Shown: positions 40,745 through 54,835 of the stretch, one piece after another
Numbering within the stretch: position 1 is the first letter of the stretch
Layout: each line of letters opens with the position of its first letter
Origin: Octopus sinensis
Lineage: Eukaryota
DNA length: 64,000 bases
Assembly: GCF_006345805.1 (NCBI RefSeq)
Contig: NC_043001.1
Coordinates: 93,744,001 to 93,808,000, forward strand
Direction: 5' to 3'
The notes under the pieces: model-generated
What the model was told of the DNA's origin: nothing
What the model saw: the letters and a program-made list of their open reading frames with translations, nothing else
The model's database searches: none
Translations under genes and position numbers: made by a program

Positions 40745-40798
<54 letters not shown>

Positions 40799-40800
<2 letters not shown>

Positions 40801-40887
40801 CTACCGAGCGCAGCTCTGTGTGCCTTGGGTATGTGCTGTGATTTGTTGTGATGCTCTGATGGTTATTGTATGGAAAGTGTTCTGCGT
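40799..40887 (-). mobile_element. ~90 bp 3' stub of an R4/Dong-like element embedded in (TAA)n on both sides
   Basis: Minus strand reads (L)RRTLSIQ* plus a short 3' UTR and (TAA)n. Confidence 0.65.
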
Positions 40888-40907
40888 ATTATTATTATTA
40901 TTATTAC

Positions 40908-40961
<54 letters not shown>

Positions 40962-40962
<1 letters not shown>

Positions 40963-41200
40963 ATCAGGAGGAGCGACACAAATTTGAATATGGCATACAT
41001 TGGATATTATTAAGTTGATGAGATGATACTATAATCATGGATGACATGAACCAAGGAAACATTGAAGTAGAGAATTGACAGCAGGTAATCAAATTTTAGG
41101 TGAAGTGACATTAGGAGAGGAATCATCCGGTGTGACAGTGTATCCTCATTGATCGGTGTATCCTCAGTGATCATTGACCATTGTGACAGTGTATCCAAGT
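40962..41200 (+). mobile_element. R4/Dong-clade reverse transcriptase remnant
   Basis: Fragments NLNMAYIGYY / ELTAGNQILGEV / IRRGIIRCDSVSSL resemble NLxMAWIDY..GEVxIRRGIFQGDSLSPL. Confidence 0.7.
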
Positions 41201-42317
41201 TGTTCATTTTAAAGAAGGCTTTCAATAGCTATTGAATGCGTCCTTTAAAAGAGTCAAGAATAGTCTGATGTGAACAATAATTGAAAACAATGAATACAAA
41301 AATATATTGGGAAAATATGGTAATAATCACAGAAAATTTACCATAATAGTTTCTAAAAGAAAAGAAACTAGAACACAGACAGAATGATGGTTACTGTAGG
41401 ACAGGATAAATGCCATTCCAAATGAAGCCACAAAAAACAAGCCATAAGCTTGGATACATTAGCAGCTGCACAATATATGGAGATCGAGAATAAACAATTA
41501 ACAAATTGACATTTGCAACCCTGTTTTTACAGTATATGACATTAATACACTGGGACTTAGGCCAGTATAGGGAAAGGACAGGAAAAGAGAGGTGCTATAC
41601 TATACACTACTAAAAAAGATCTTTGGTGGCGATAGAAACGGTGATACTGGTGATGAAGTTTGTAATGATTATGATACTGATGATAAAACGAGTATAATAA
41701 CGGCATAAAATGTATTGATGCGAAGATGAGGTATTATTAAAAGGAAGCATTTTGATTCATCATACAAATTTTCTCTATAACAAATGTCAAAAAATTTAAA
41801 ATCAACATTATTTCAAACAGCCCTAGTTCAGTCATCAACAAGAGATAAGGATGGCCCCAATCCTTGTGTAATGGATAACGTTGTAGCTCTAGCTCGTGAT
41901 GAATATGCGAGCGATAAGGAAGTTTGATATATTAAAAAAGAAAGATTATGATATTGAAGAGAAAGCTATATCAACTAAATGATATTGTAGTAATAAATTA
42001 TTGCGTACGCTGTAAGGCATTTTTTGTTATATGGTTGCAACAATTTTATATTCTGGATGCAACTGTAGCAAATGTTGGTGTTTTCATAATGGATTATACG
42101 CATACAGAAAAGGTGTGTAGACACGGACAAAACGGCGATACACATTTATAGATATTTACATTCACAAAAGCTAACATACACACACACACAGATACGCACA
42201 ACACATTCACTCAGTCGTACACGCGTACATATATAAGTATATGTAAATATATTACTATAAATACATATATATATATATATTAGATATATATATATATATA
42301 TATAATATATATATATA

Positions 42318-42379
42318 AATGGCGGTGCCCCAGCATGGCCACAGCTCGTGAGCTGAAACTAGATAAAATAAAAGTAAAA

Positions 42380-42380
<1 letters not shown>
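42318..42380 (+). mobile_element. 3' tail stub of a CR1-like LINE or SINE inside (TA)n
   Basis: ggcggtgccccagcatggccacagctc..gctgaaactagataaaat, the same motif as at 61633. Confidence 0.65.
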
Positions 42381-42422
<42 letters not shown>

Positions 42423-42424
<2 letters not shown>

Positions 42425-42467
42425 GGATATATGTATGTATGTATATATATATAATATATGGATATAT

Positions 42468-42514
<47 letters not shown>

Positions 42515-42571
42515 GGATATATGTATGTATGTATATATATATATATATATATGGATATATGAATGTATATG

Positions 42572-42605
<34 letters not shown>

Positions 42606-42638
42606 ATATGGATATATGTATGTGTATATATATATATA

Positions 42639-42677
<39 letters not shown>

Positions 42678-42688
42678 ATATATGAATG

Positions 42689-42743
<55 letters not shown>

Positions 42744-42760
42744 ATATATGTATATATACA
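42423..42760. repeat. Higher-order (TA)n minisatellite with a repeated atggatatatg unit
   Basis: atggatatatg(t/a) recurs about 7 times within (TA)n. Confidence 0.8.
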
Positions 42761-43314
42761 TACACTCAGTTATATAAATATATACAAGAAGGATTTTTTC
42801 ATATTGACTCATAACAGTTGATCCACGTTGTCCCTTTAATGGCGCTGGCACAAGTGGTAAAAGCGTTCAGCCTTTCGTCTTTTGACAAACCATCAAAGGA
42901 AACCTTCATATTTATCACCATCCAGCGGTTAAAAACCCTCTCGCTTAACTTGGTCAGTCATCTTTTTTCTGCAAGTCTTCTCACTATATTTTTCTTTGAA
43001 GTATTTAATAGCTTCGGCAGCAGAAGAATCAATATGATACCTTTATCGTGTGTATATATAAAACACAAACAAACAAACACACACACACGCACACACAAGG
43101 AAACGTATGCAGATGTTTATATATATATATATGTATGGATATGTGTGTGTGTGTGCGTATGTAGATGTGTGTATAGTTTTATACATGCATGAAAAATGAT
43201 GATTCCTTAAAAAATCTTGAGATTCTAAAAAAGACATGAAGTACATGCTAGTTTCATCACGTAAAAAAATCGCGATTAATCATGTTGAAATCATACTCTA
43301 ATAACATAATGTGT

Positions 43315-43895
<581 letters not shown>

Positions 43896-44269
43896 ATATT
43901 AACTTTGAGGATTGAATAGAATCAGTGAAGAGAAGAAATTTACCGATGGTAAAAAAAAGTCAGGCAGTCGATAAACATCATCATGGACTACGCAAGATAA
44001 ATAAATAAACTCAAATAATTCAAGTTACACCCTATTATTTTATATATTGTGCTTTTGTATCGATAATTTAGCGCTGTCATATCAATAATGTTTTAACACG
44101 AGTATCATTTTAAAATATTTTGCGTTGTTACTATATCATAATTATTCATGGTAAACAATTTGTTTTCCCACCACATTTTTTATGTAGTCGATCACAATCC
44201 ATTTTCAAAAGTAGTTTTTACTTCTTTCATCGTCATTCTATTTTCAATAATTATCTATATATATACATA

Positions 44270-44310
44270 TGTGTGTGTGTGTGTGCGTGCGTGTGTGTAT
44301 GTATATATTC

Positions 44311-44357
<47 letters not shown>

Positions 44358-44850
44358 GTATATGTATATATATATATATATGTATATATAGATATATTAT
44401 GTATATTATGTATATACATATATATATATATATATATATGTATCTAAATATATATATTATGTATTACATATATATATATGTATATATATATTATACATAT
44501 TATATATGTATATATATGTATATATATATGTACATACATATGTGTATATGTATATACATATATAATATATATGTATATACATATATATATGTATATTTAT
44601 ATATGCATATATATATATATAACATATGTATATACATATATATATATACATATGTATATACATATATATATATACATACATATATATATATACATATATA
44701 TATACATATATACATACATATATATATACACATATATATATACATATATATATACATATGTATATGTATATATATGTATATACATATATATATATACGCA
44801 CACTCACACCCACACACACATATATATATGTATATACATGTAGATATTAT
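44270..44850. repeat. Long degenerate (TA)n/(TACA)n microsatellite
   Basis: Direct inspection. Confidence 0.95.
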
Positions 44851-45513
44851 ATATGTGTCTATAGGTATGATACCTTTTTAATAATTTAGAAATTCATGAT
44901 TCATCATGATATTTATCTTACTTTATCACACATTATTTTTGAGATTTTTAAGATATTATTTCCATATATCTTTTTCTTCATCAGCTAATCGGTTTTTCAT
45001 CATCACCTTCTACGATTTATCATCGAATTCAAGATATTTCCGAACAACGTGTGCCCAGCTAATTCTATTACACCACATACTCTTCTAATATTCATCTTGC
45101 TATCAATCATGTTTTATACCGTTTATAGTTAATTCGCATTACGCCCACCCGTGGGTCACCACTCTTTCATGTCCTTCTCCCTTACTATTTTTCATTGCGT
45201 ATCTCTCTTGTTTTCAATGTCACTTATAAATTTCCTTTGTTTTTCCTTTACTTGATATGTCCTCCAGTCTTCATGAGAAGTGTATTGTACCCTAAGTATG
45301 TTTCTCCAAGTACATGTTCGTTACATTCTCTTAATCAATGAAAAATTCACTGAAGTGAGGCGTTCTAAAATTTCTATCCTCACCTGTTCTATAATGTCAC
45401 GAAATACCTATTTTTCTTTTTACTTCCATATTTATACTCTATATCCGTACTCTGTCGATATATATATATAGGTCGGGTCCATATACATTCCTACATACAT
45501 ATATATATATATA

Positions 45514-45728
45514 GTTAATCCAAACATAAAAACACAAAGAGAAAACACAACAACGCGAGGACGTGGAATAAGTTTAGTATTACTGGACGCTCAGGAAAGA
45601 AAGAAAGAAGGGGGTTTAACGTTTCGAGCAGAGCTCTTCGTCAGAAACATATGAAACGAAAAGATCCAAAGAAGGGAAGACAGAGGAGAAAAAATCGCCA
45701 ACGGTACACACGTGGTCACATTTTGAAT
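45514..45728 (-). mobile_element. Short Penelope-terminus-like element with a canonical-core minimal hammerhead (45614-45648), flanked by (TA)n
   Basis: Minus strand reads gttt CTGACGA a gagc tct gctc GAAAC GTT aaac. Confidence 0.75.
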
Positions 45729-45761
45729 GCAATTTATATATATATATATATATATGTGTGT

Positions 45762-45798
<37 letters not shown>

Positions 45799-46457
45799 TC
45801 GGCTATGTAGTACCGTGATATTACTAATCTTTGAAATTTATACGCGCCGAAACTACACTGATCCTCATTTCTATGGCTGGCGAACGGTGTCTTTCTCCGT
45901 TAATTGCTTTCATATATCAGTTTCATTTCACTATTAAGAGAACATATATGTTACATGCGCCTATGTAGAGGGCTATGTGTGAGTAAGTATGTGCTTGCTA
46001 AATATGTAAATAGAAAAGCGTTAACGTATAAATATGAATTAGATATATATTCTATTCAATTTTATATTTATCTTGTGGTTATACGTATGTTTATATTTTT
46101 GAGATATATTTCGTAAATACTTTTTTTCTTTTCAGGCGATTGAGACAAAACCAATTCATAAATTTGTTGCGTTGTTTTATATTGACATTAATCTTTTACT
46201 AACAAAATAAAGAAAAAAATATTTACGGAAATGATTATATACAAACTGAAAAATACGTGATTTTCACTTCACACACGACCATTCAAGGCTCATCATCATA
46301 TTCATATATTTCCCTGCACTTTTTGTAGATCAAATAACCCCCCACACACACACACACACGTACATGCACTTACAAACGTATGTAAATATGAATATATGCC
46401 TGCAATAATAAATCTCTGAGTGAGGTATAAACAGTAGCTGCACGACATTGTGAAGTA

Positions 46458-46647
46458 TATTTGCAAAGGGAAGCCATCCTTCCCATTTCCAACCTGACAT
46501 GGTACACACGGACCCGAGTTTCTGGATATATTGACCCGTCATCAGCATTAAATAATCCTCGTCTCACATGCTGATGACGGATCAATACCCAGAAACTCGG
46601 GTCCGTGTCAGGTTGGAGATGAGAAAGATGGCTTCACTTTGCAAATA
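46458..46647. mobile_element. Head-to-head inverted repeat (arms 46458-46548 and 46568-46647) with a hammerhead in each arm
   Basis: Plus arm reads acatg CTGATGA cggatcaataccca GAAA ctcggg TC cgtgt. Confidence 0.8.
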
Positions 46648-48153
46648 CTGATAGGGTACAGAAAGTGTGTCAATAACCCGCTGGAGGAGGTGTTCTCCTG
46701 GGGCTACAAGCTACAGTAGCATCCACACTTAAGGGTTAGCCACATTTAAGTAGCAAATATTCTTCACGAATATATGCCTGATTATCTACGTGTATAATTC
46801 GGTAGGAAATAGCAATTAGGTAAGTAGTCCTCCTATGTAACTGTTATGCTGCACTCTACTTGCTGTTGCATATAAATACACATATATACAGACAGAAAGA
46901 CGAGATGTATACATACACACACACACACACACATATATATGAGAGAGAGAAAGAGAGATACATAAGTGTTTGAGGTTGCGTTTCTTGTGTGTGTGCGTTA
47001 TTCTTTAAGTTCTTTGTTTCTATTGAATAAATCGGATTACACCAATTAAGTACAGTCTGCTAATTTACTGAAAATGGAGCAGCAGAAATACTCTTGTCAA
47101 TTCTATTCAGACACTAGACAGGTTTCAAAAAATAAGAAAAATTAAAAGACATGTAGCAAAAAAACGCATGCTTTTGTCTTTACTATTCTCAGACATCTGC
47201 TCGCATCGTAATGTGTTGGAACAAAAGGAATAATATAATGATAAATAGTTAGACAAGTAATGCGTGTTAATAAAATTATACGAAAAACTAATATATAAAT
47301 CTAAACTTAAAATAGTTAAATATTACATGCAAACATGTATTCCTACATGTAAGCACACGTATCTACTTGTGTACTATCGTGTGCGTGCACATACATATAG
47401 GTGTGTGTGTGTGTCTGTGTGTGTGTGCTTGCGTGCTCTTTTGTGTATATGAATATGTGTATTGAACTGAGAATAGTTCCAGTACATATCAAGGCTGTAA
47501 ATGTAATTGGAAACGAAAGAAGAAACAAACACTTTTTTCTCTAAAAATAATCTCTTTTATTCGTTTCTAGATTGTATCATTGATCTTATTCAGGCAAATT
47601 TCTCAGTATTTTCCCTAAACTAATGTATCAATATTCCATATACTTAACACTATCGTAGTGAAGTGCCACGGAGGGGAATGACACCACTTAGTGCTTAACC
47701 ATTCAGTAACAGATCTTTTCATTTGTCATACACTAGACGTTAAAATGTTTGTATTAATGCGCTCATGTCGAAGTGGAAGATACGACTTTAAATTTGTTTT
47801 ATGCCTCGCTGTCTGTAATTAAATAAAGATTATATCAAGTTTTTGTGCACGTATACTGTTGGATACACTGATTTACCTGATAACATTTTACTAGTTTCTT
47901 CCTATTTCCTGCTACGTTGTTAGCGCATGAATCAGCAATAATTCATCAATTTACTTACCCAAACAATGGCTGCCAATATCATGAGGTTTTATTGATTCGT
48001 AGAGTATTATATTGTTGTCAAGCATTCAGTAAAATATGCGGTGAACGACTTAGCTTCTGTGAAATAATAGATGATTCTAAAATATTAATGTTCGGCAACT
48101 TTTATTGCATGAAAATATGCTTGGTTATGTTGCATTATATATACATATATATA

Positions 48154-48309
48154 TGTTGCCGCAAACGACGAAAGATGGAATAATTTGTGCTTAGATCTAA
48201 ACTGAAAAGCGTTACGCAGATATCAGTGAAATTCACCTGATATCCACTAAATGTTATTCAGTGGAGATCTAAGCACAAATTATCTGACTTCTTGCGGCTT
48301 GTTGCAACA
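48154..48309. mobile_element. MITE-like fold-back element (156 bp), TA-flanked
   Basis: Perfect 19-bp inverted repeat ataatttgtgcttagatct (48180-48198 and 48265-48283), plus outer tgttgc/gcaaca and gccgcaa/ttgcggc. Confidence 0.6.
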
Positions 48310-48450
48310 TATATAACGCATTGGTACCAAAAAAAGCTACGCACACATGCACAAGAACATAAACTCTCACCTTTAATCTTTCTTACATGTACACCCTAGG
48401 CACACACATATTAGCATGCGATCGTTTGAGTGCGTATGCGTATGTGCGTG

Positions 48451-48481
<31 letters not shown>

Positions 48482-50012
48482 TATATGAATTTATGTATAT
48501 GCAGAAGAGAGTAGGGAGAAAGACAGGGAGAAAGAGAAAGAAAGTGAGAGGGAGTGAGAGAAATGGGTACAAGGAGCGAGAAAGAGAAGAGGGTGAAATA
48601 AAAGAGAAGGCTAAATTGCGGCGGATATAAACGTGCAGATACATTGGTTCTTACATGCATGGCTGATTATTTCAGTTACTTTTCTGTTAGTCATTCCAAG
48701 CATGACTACGATAATAAGAATGAACGAATAAACTTTGCCTGGGTATGAAGTTCCTCAAGCATTTTATTGCGACAGAACATTCAATATGAAGGAATATTGT
48801 ATGCATATAAATACATGCATACATACAAGCATACATGCATGAATACACATATATACAATATACATATATGCGTATGTTTGTGTGTGTGTATGCACGTATG
48901 TATTATGTGTGTGTTTGTAAGTTTGTGTGTGCGTATGCATGTGTGTGTACATGTATTTAATTTCTTGTTCTGCTTGCATTTGATTGTATTCGTATATGTA
49001 AATTTGGAACTCACCTATCTAAAATCTCAAAGCTGATATTTGCAAAAGAGAATTCCTTGCCCACGGTAACATATCTTAATAAAACTAAATATCACCTGAC
49101 AAAAACACCAATCTTTTTATAGTCATGAATACTTTGCACTAAAGAATTGTCACTTTTTCCTACGTGAATTCTCTGGCTGTCAATCACCATATCTAGACGC
49201 TGTTGACGAGTGTTACCCTCCGGCTCAATACATCATATTAGTTAAACAGCATGTGGTATTCAAACAGACTTTGTAAAGTTAGATCCCCTTAGGTTGAATG
49301 GCATTTTAATATCCATAAGGTATTGTTGCTTATCCAAATAGCTTCAGTTAGTACCAGAAGAGAAGACATCGACACTTAATACATAGACAGTATCACCACC
49401 ACAACCACAAACACAACCATCACCAACGGCCACAATATTGATAAGAAATAAGTAAGAAATAAGCTGTACTATTGTCCGTTATAAATCGTTCAGTATTAAA
49501 GCAACGGTAAAAAATAAGATAAATGTATTCAAAGAAATGTTTTTTTTCAAGTAAAAAGGCCAGTTTTTTTTTCTGATGTTACATTACAGTCCATTGAATC
49601 AGACCGAATATAGAATAAGAACGGATTTTATTGACATTTGGGCGATGACAAGTAAAGTCGACTCCAGTCTGAAAGTATTTAATTATAGAGCTTCAAATAT
49701 ATCAGAGCCGTTGCGATTCCTGCCCGCTCCTACACAAATACGGTAATTTCACGTGGACAACGAATAGAAAAAAAGCGGTGGGGGTGGAGAAATGGTATAG
49801 ACAATAGAACAAAAAAAGCATTTCGGTGCAATCAACACTGACAGATCGTTAGTCATTATTTTATCTCCTCTAGTATGGATCAAAGATAAACTAAATGATT
49901 TGAAGGAAAATAGAATAAATCAGTTATAAATTTTCAGTCGTATACAGGGGCAGTGGGCAAAGACAAAAGATGTAGGTTTTTATCAAAATATTTTGCAATC
50001 CATTGTTTACAG

Positions 50013-50066
50013 ATCTCTTCCCAATGTTCGTAGAAGACTGGTGTTCACTAGACATCTAAGCTTTCG
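50013..50066 (+). CDS. Speculative 54-nt exon (xSLPNVRRRLVFTRHLSFx)
   Basis: tgtttacag acceptor, TCG|GTGAGC donor, one open frame. Confidence 0.22.
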
Positions 50067-50693
50067 GTGAGCATACAAGAACGGTGACCAATGAAACCTG
50101 AGGTACAGGGCAAAGGGCAAACAGCAGAGTTTGAATTTGTCTGGCAGTAAAGTATTATCGATAGTTGAATGTCCTTCTCCGGAGAAGTCTAAGTCGAATA
50201 TGACGAAATAAAGCATGTAAAAACGAATATGCACAAACATTCTTGTCTATCAAGAAGCACAACAACCAAAATACATATGTTTACGCATATAGAAATAGTT
50301 TACAATCTTACCTCAAAGAGAAGTTATATGTGCTTCGAAATGCACTGAAATAGAATACACACACATACACACATGCAGGCACACACACTCACACACACAT
50401 GCTCTTTCTCTTAAACAAACACACAAAAAGAAACACTCACACATGTGTATTTATATATACTCTATTTTGGGATCACGTAGCACATACAGGTTCTTTCTTC
50501 AGTTAAGCTGGAAAATCATATTTATATATGTATATATAATTTTAACTCAAACTGAAGGATTATTGAATGTCGGGTGTTAGAGAAGGTTAATTAAACTTTT
50601 ACAAGATTAAGTATGAGAGTAACATTGAAGCTTCGAAGTGTCGCTTTATTCGCATTCGTCATTTATATGTGTCTGCATATGTGTGCATATACA

Positions 50694-50909
50694 TAGTTAA
50701 TTCAAACATGAAAGCACAAAAAAAACACAACAACGCGAGGACGTGGAACAAATATAGTATTATTGGACGCTCAGGAAAGAAGGAAAAAAGGAGGGTTTAA
50801 CGTTTCGAGTGGAGCTCTTCGTCGGAAACATAGGAGAAGTAAAGATTCAGAGAAGGGAAGGCAGAGGAAAAAAATTCGCCAACGGTACACACGCGGTCAC
50901 ATTTTGAAT
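50694..50909 (-). mobile_element. Second copy of the 45514 element; hammerhead core mutated (CCGACGA)
   Basis: Collinear homology with 45514-45728; gttt CCGACGA a gagc tcc actc GAAAC GTT aaac. Confidence 0.8.
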
Positions 50910-51149
50910 ATATGTATATATATCTTTTAACTTCTTGTTTTGTCGACTCAGCAAATCAATTTGAAAACTTAGCATGTTTAATCGAAAGAACATAACAATA
51001 ATTGTTTCCACCAAACTTGCCTTTGATGATTGAAAGAACATTCAGACAGTGAATATTCATAAAAAACCAGGCTCGGAAACGAGCACCTCGGAATATACGG
51101 ATTCGGAGACTTTATGTTGTAGTGTGTGTGTGTGTGTTTATATATATAT

Positions 51150-51218
<69 letters not shown>

Positions 51219-51929
51219 GCACACACTCACACATGTATATGTGTATATATGTATACGCATATATACGTATATCTATATAATGTGCGTATGTGTGTGCGCG
51301 TGTGCCTGTGCAGATAGAAAGACATGTTTTTCGCATGTAAATGCGTCAATATACGAAAGCAGCATTCTTGTCTTTTTTACAAATCAACATACACACACAC
51401 ACACACAATCATGATAAAAAAAGATACAGATTTTATTTTTTATTATAGCAGATATGTAGTTAAATAAACACACATAGATTCAGGGAAGGAAACAAGTTCA
51501 TATTCACATACACTAACATCACATTTGGTATGCATACAAGCAGACAGCTGCCATGAAATTATCAGGTATAGGACGCCATTTGGTTGACGTCCATTGTTAG
51601 CTCAGCACTCCAAATAACAAAAGCATATCGTAGGGGAGAATTGATCAAAAATCAATTGCTCAGATTCAATGCTACCAGCCAAATTACTTAAGCCTCACTG
51701 CATGTCTACAGATAGTGCACATCCTTACTGCTATTTCAGTCTACTTGTAATATGAAAAAAAAAAAAAAACATTTTACGAATATTCGCGCGCGTGCATACA
51801 CATGCGTTTGTGTATACATAAAACTACACACTCATAGAAAAGGACAGTGTATGAGTACAGATGTATGTATATGTATGATGTATGTAGTATGTACGTAAAC
51901 ACACACAGATATATGTATATATGTATAAT

Positions 51930-51964
<35 letters not shown>

Positions 51965-52036
51965 TTGTGTGTATGTATATACAGAAAAGCTATAAAGCGT
52001 TTGGGATTCGTCTCGGATATATGTATACATACATAC

Positions 52037-52072
<36 letters not shown>

Positions 52073-52705
52073 ATACATATATATATACATATATATATAC
52101 ATACATATATATATACATATATATATACATACATATATACATACATATATATACAAAACATATATACACTACATATATATATATACATATATATATACAT
52201 AATATATATATATATACATATATATTATATATATATATATATACATACAATTAACATACATATATATTATATATACATTTAAATATACACATATATATAT
52301 ATTGGATTCATTTGCGATATAAATATATATATATATATATGTATATATATGTATGTCTGTGTGTGTGTGTGTGTGTGCATAGAAAAGTCGCATATGCACA
52401 CATAAAAATATTAGCCATATAAATGGTTCCACGGTTCCATATGTGCATCTGAGTAGCTTCTGCGTGTATTGTATTCTTTATTCTTTGTAAGTAGGCTACA
52501 TATTGCGTTTTCACTTTTCAGTGTCGTACAGGGAGCTGAGTTGGCAGTTTAAAGCGCCATTAAGTGACGAGTTCTAAAGGTACTAGCATACAAATATATA
52601 GAAATATTTGTGCACGTAGTCGCAGCTGCATCTATACATTTGCAGATACGTATATTTGAGTATACATACACAAGTACACACACACACACACACATAGATA
52701 GGTAG

Positions 52706-52739
<34 letters not shown>

Positions 52740-52741
52740 GT

Positions 52742-52827
<86 letters not shown>

Positions 52828-53354
52828 TGTACTGATGATCACGTACAAAAACCATATGAGTGCATAGCCGTATGTACTGATCCACTCCTGGTAATCTGTT
52901 TGAATGGAATACTTGACAGGAAAGAGAGGGAAACATATATTGAAGATATGATATGATGGTGAATTCTGAAAAACAGGCAAAGCTCATTCAAAATCCTATC
53001 ATAAGTGTTCCTTTGAATAGATTATATGATAAAAGTAGGCCACAAGGAGGCCAGGAGAAGAAAGGTGATGAATGTCAAGGGATGTATTAAGCAACATGAG
53101 CGGTAAATATTGGAAGCATTGACAGATAATACTCTCTGGTTTAACAGATGAATGGGAAATGAAAGAGTTACTACACTAATTGAATTTGACATTCGATGAA
53201 TTGGTGGATATATATATATATATATAAGAATAAACACATACATACATACATGCATGTATGGATGCATGCATTCATGCATACAAACATGCGTTCCTGCATC
53301 TTTTTTTAAGAGAGTAAAAGCCCGGAAGTGACCTGAGAAAAGGGAAGAATAATC

Positions 53355-53546
53355 TTTTCTACTCTAGGCACAAGGCCAGGACCTTTGGGGGATGGGGACC
53401 AGTCTGTTAGATCGACTCCAGTACGCAACTGGTACTTAATTTATCGACCCTAAAGGATGAAAGGCAAAGTTGACCTCGGCGGAATTTGAACTCAGAACGT
53501 AGAGACAGACGAAATACCGCTAAGCATTTCGTCCGGCGTGCTAATG
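53355..53546 (-). mobile_element. SINE family A
   Basis: ggcggaatttgaactcagaacgtag..gaaataccgctaagcatttcg. Confidence 0.88.
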
Positions 53547-53670
53547 AGAGAGAGAGAGGGGGTGAGAGGGATACCCTTGGCTTGGCTTCAGGGTGAAGGT
53601 TTGATATGGGACACCTAATCACCACAGTAGAAGCTGGATGAGGAGGTAGACCCATCAGGAATAGTTAACA

Positions 53671-53850
53671 TATAATATCAAATGGAAAATATTGGAGAGG
53701 GCTAGGCTGTATATAAGAGGGAAAAATAGATGTGCTGTTTGCCTTACTGAAAAACTACAGCTATTGCATGGTTGAAATCCAATAATTTATACCTGAATAT
53801 GAATGATGAGATCACCAGAGAATACTTGTGTAGCAAGTCCCACCTATGTG
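53671..53850 (+). mobile_element. Penelope-like GIY-YIG endonuclease C-terminal remnant
   Basis: YNIKWKILERARLYIRGKNRCAVCLTEKLQLL..LNMNDEI matches the PLE motif YxIKWxIL..A..Y......C.LCL.EK..I....LN...EI. Confidence 0.65.
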
Positions 53851-54329
53851 CAGAAAAAAAATGTACTAGAATAACCACAGAATTTCTAACGCTCAACCAA
53901 TGCGTTCCTACCTTAATCAGCTAGATAAATTAATTCTAGGCAGAGTTATGCACATCATCCTGTATCCATAACAATCTACAAATGATATGCAACAATTGTA
54001 AGAGACAAGACTGACACTAGTACAAATCATTCAAACTAACTGAACAAGAACATACAGAAAGAAGCATAGGACAACTGACCCACCCACCGACCACACAACT
54101 TCTATAAACCACCTTACTTTAATACGAAATTTTCCCCTAAACTGAACAAGAATTGATCAATTGATTCCTGTTGAATCATGTGATTTAAAGTTACCATCAA
54201 CATCACAGCACATACCCATAAGAAACGTAGACATTCAATAATTTCCAATAAATATAGATTATGATACATAAGGTACTCGTAAGTGTACCGTTAGACTATA
54301 GTGGGGTCACATTTTGGCAGAAGGCTAGC

Positions 54330-54513
54330 AACGTCATGGGGGCAGGGGTTAGTCTGTCACATCAACCCAGTGCGCATGTGTTACTTACTTTATCGAATCG
54401 GCGAGAATAAAAAGTAAAGTCGACCTCGGATAAATTTGAACTCAGAATGTGAAAGTGGACGAATTGCCGCTATGCATTTTGCCCAGCGTGCTAACGATTA
54501 TGCCAGCTCGACG
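54330..54513 (-). mobile_element. Diverged SINE family A
   Basis: aaagtcgacctcgg..aatttgaactcagaa..gcgtgctaacgatt.tgccagctcg. Confidence 0.8.
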
Positions 54514-54620
54514 ACTTTCCGTTACACTATATTAATAGCATTCAGTTCTGTTGACATTACAGCGCGTTCCCCTTTCACTTACGACTCTACGAAAACATTC
54601 GATACAACTCATATATGTGT

Positions 54621-54682
<62 letters not shown>

Positions 54683-54770
54683 TCGTCATGAGACATTGAG
54701 AGAAGTAGGGAGAGATATAAGATCACGATTGAAAAAAAACGTAATATGGAAGATAAGTAAATATATACAT

Positions 54771-54835
<65 letters not shown>

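Noticed and set aside
44120-44889. Longest ORFs (e.g. 253 aa, rich in YI/HT/CV) and similar ORFs throughout the window
   Set aside because: They are translations of (TA)n, (CA)n and (TAA)n microsatellites, not proteins.
49009-49030. Minus-strand TAG|GTGAGT as a second recursive site
   Set aside because: The pyrimidine tract is weak, a competing AG lies just upstream, and I found no clear downstream donor.
52832-52860. CTGATGA..AAAAAC
   Set aside because: No convincing stems or NUH site.
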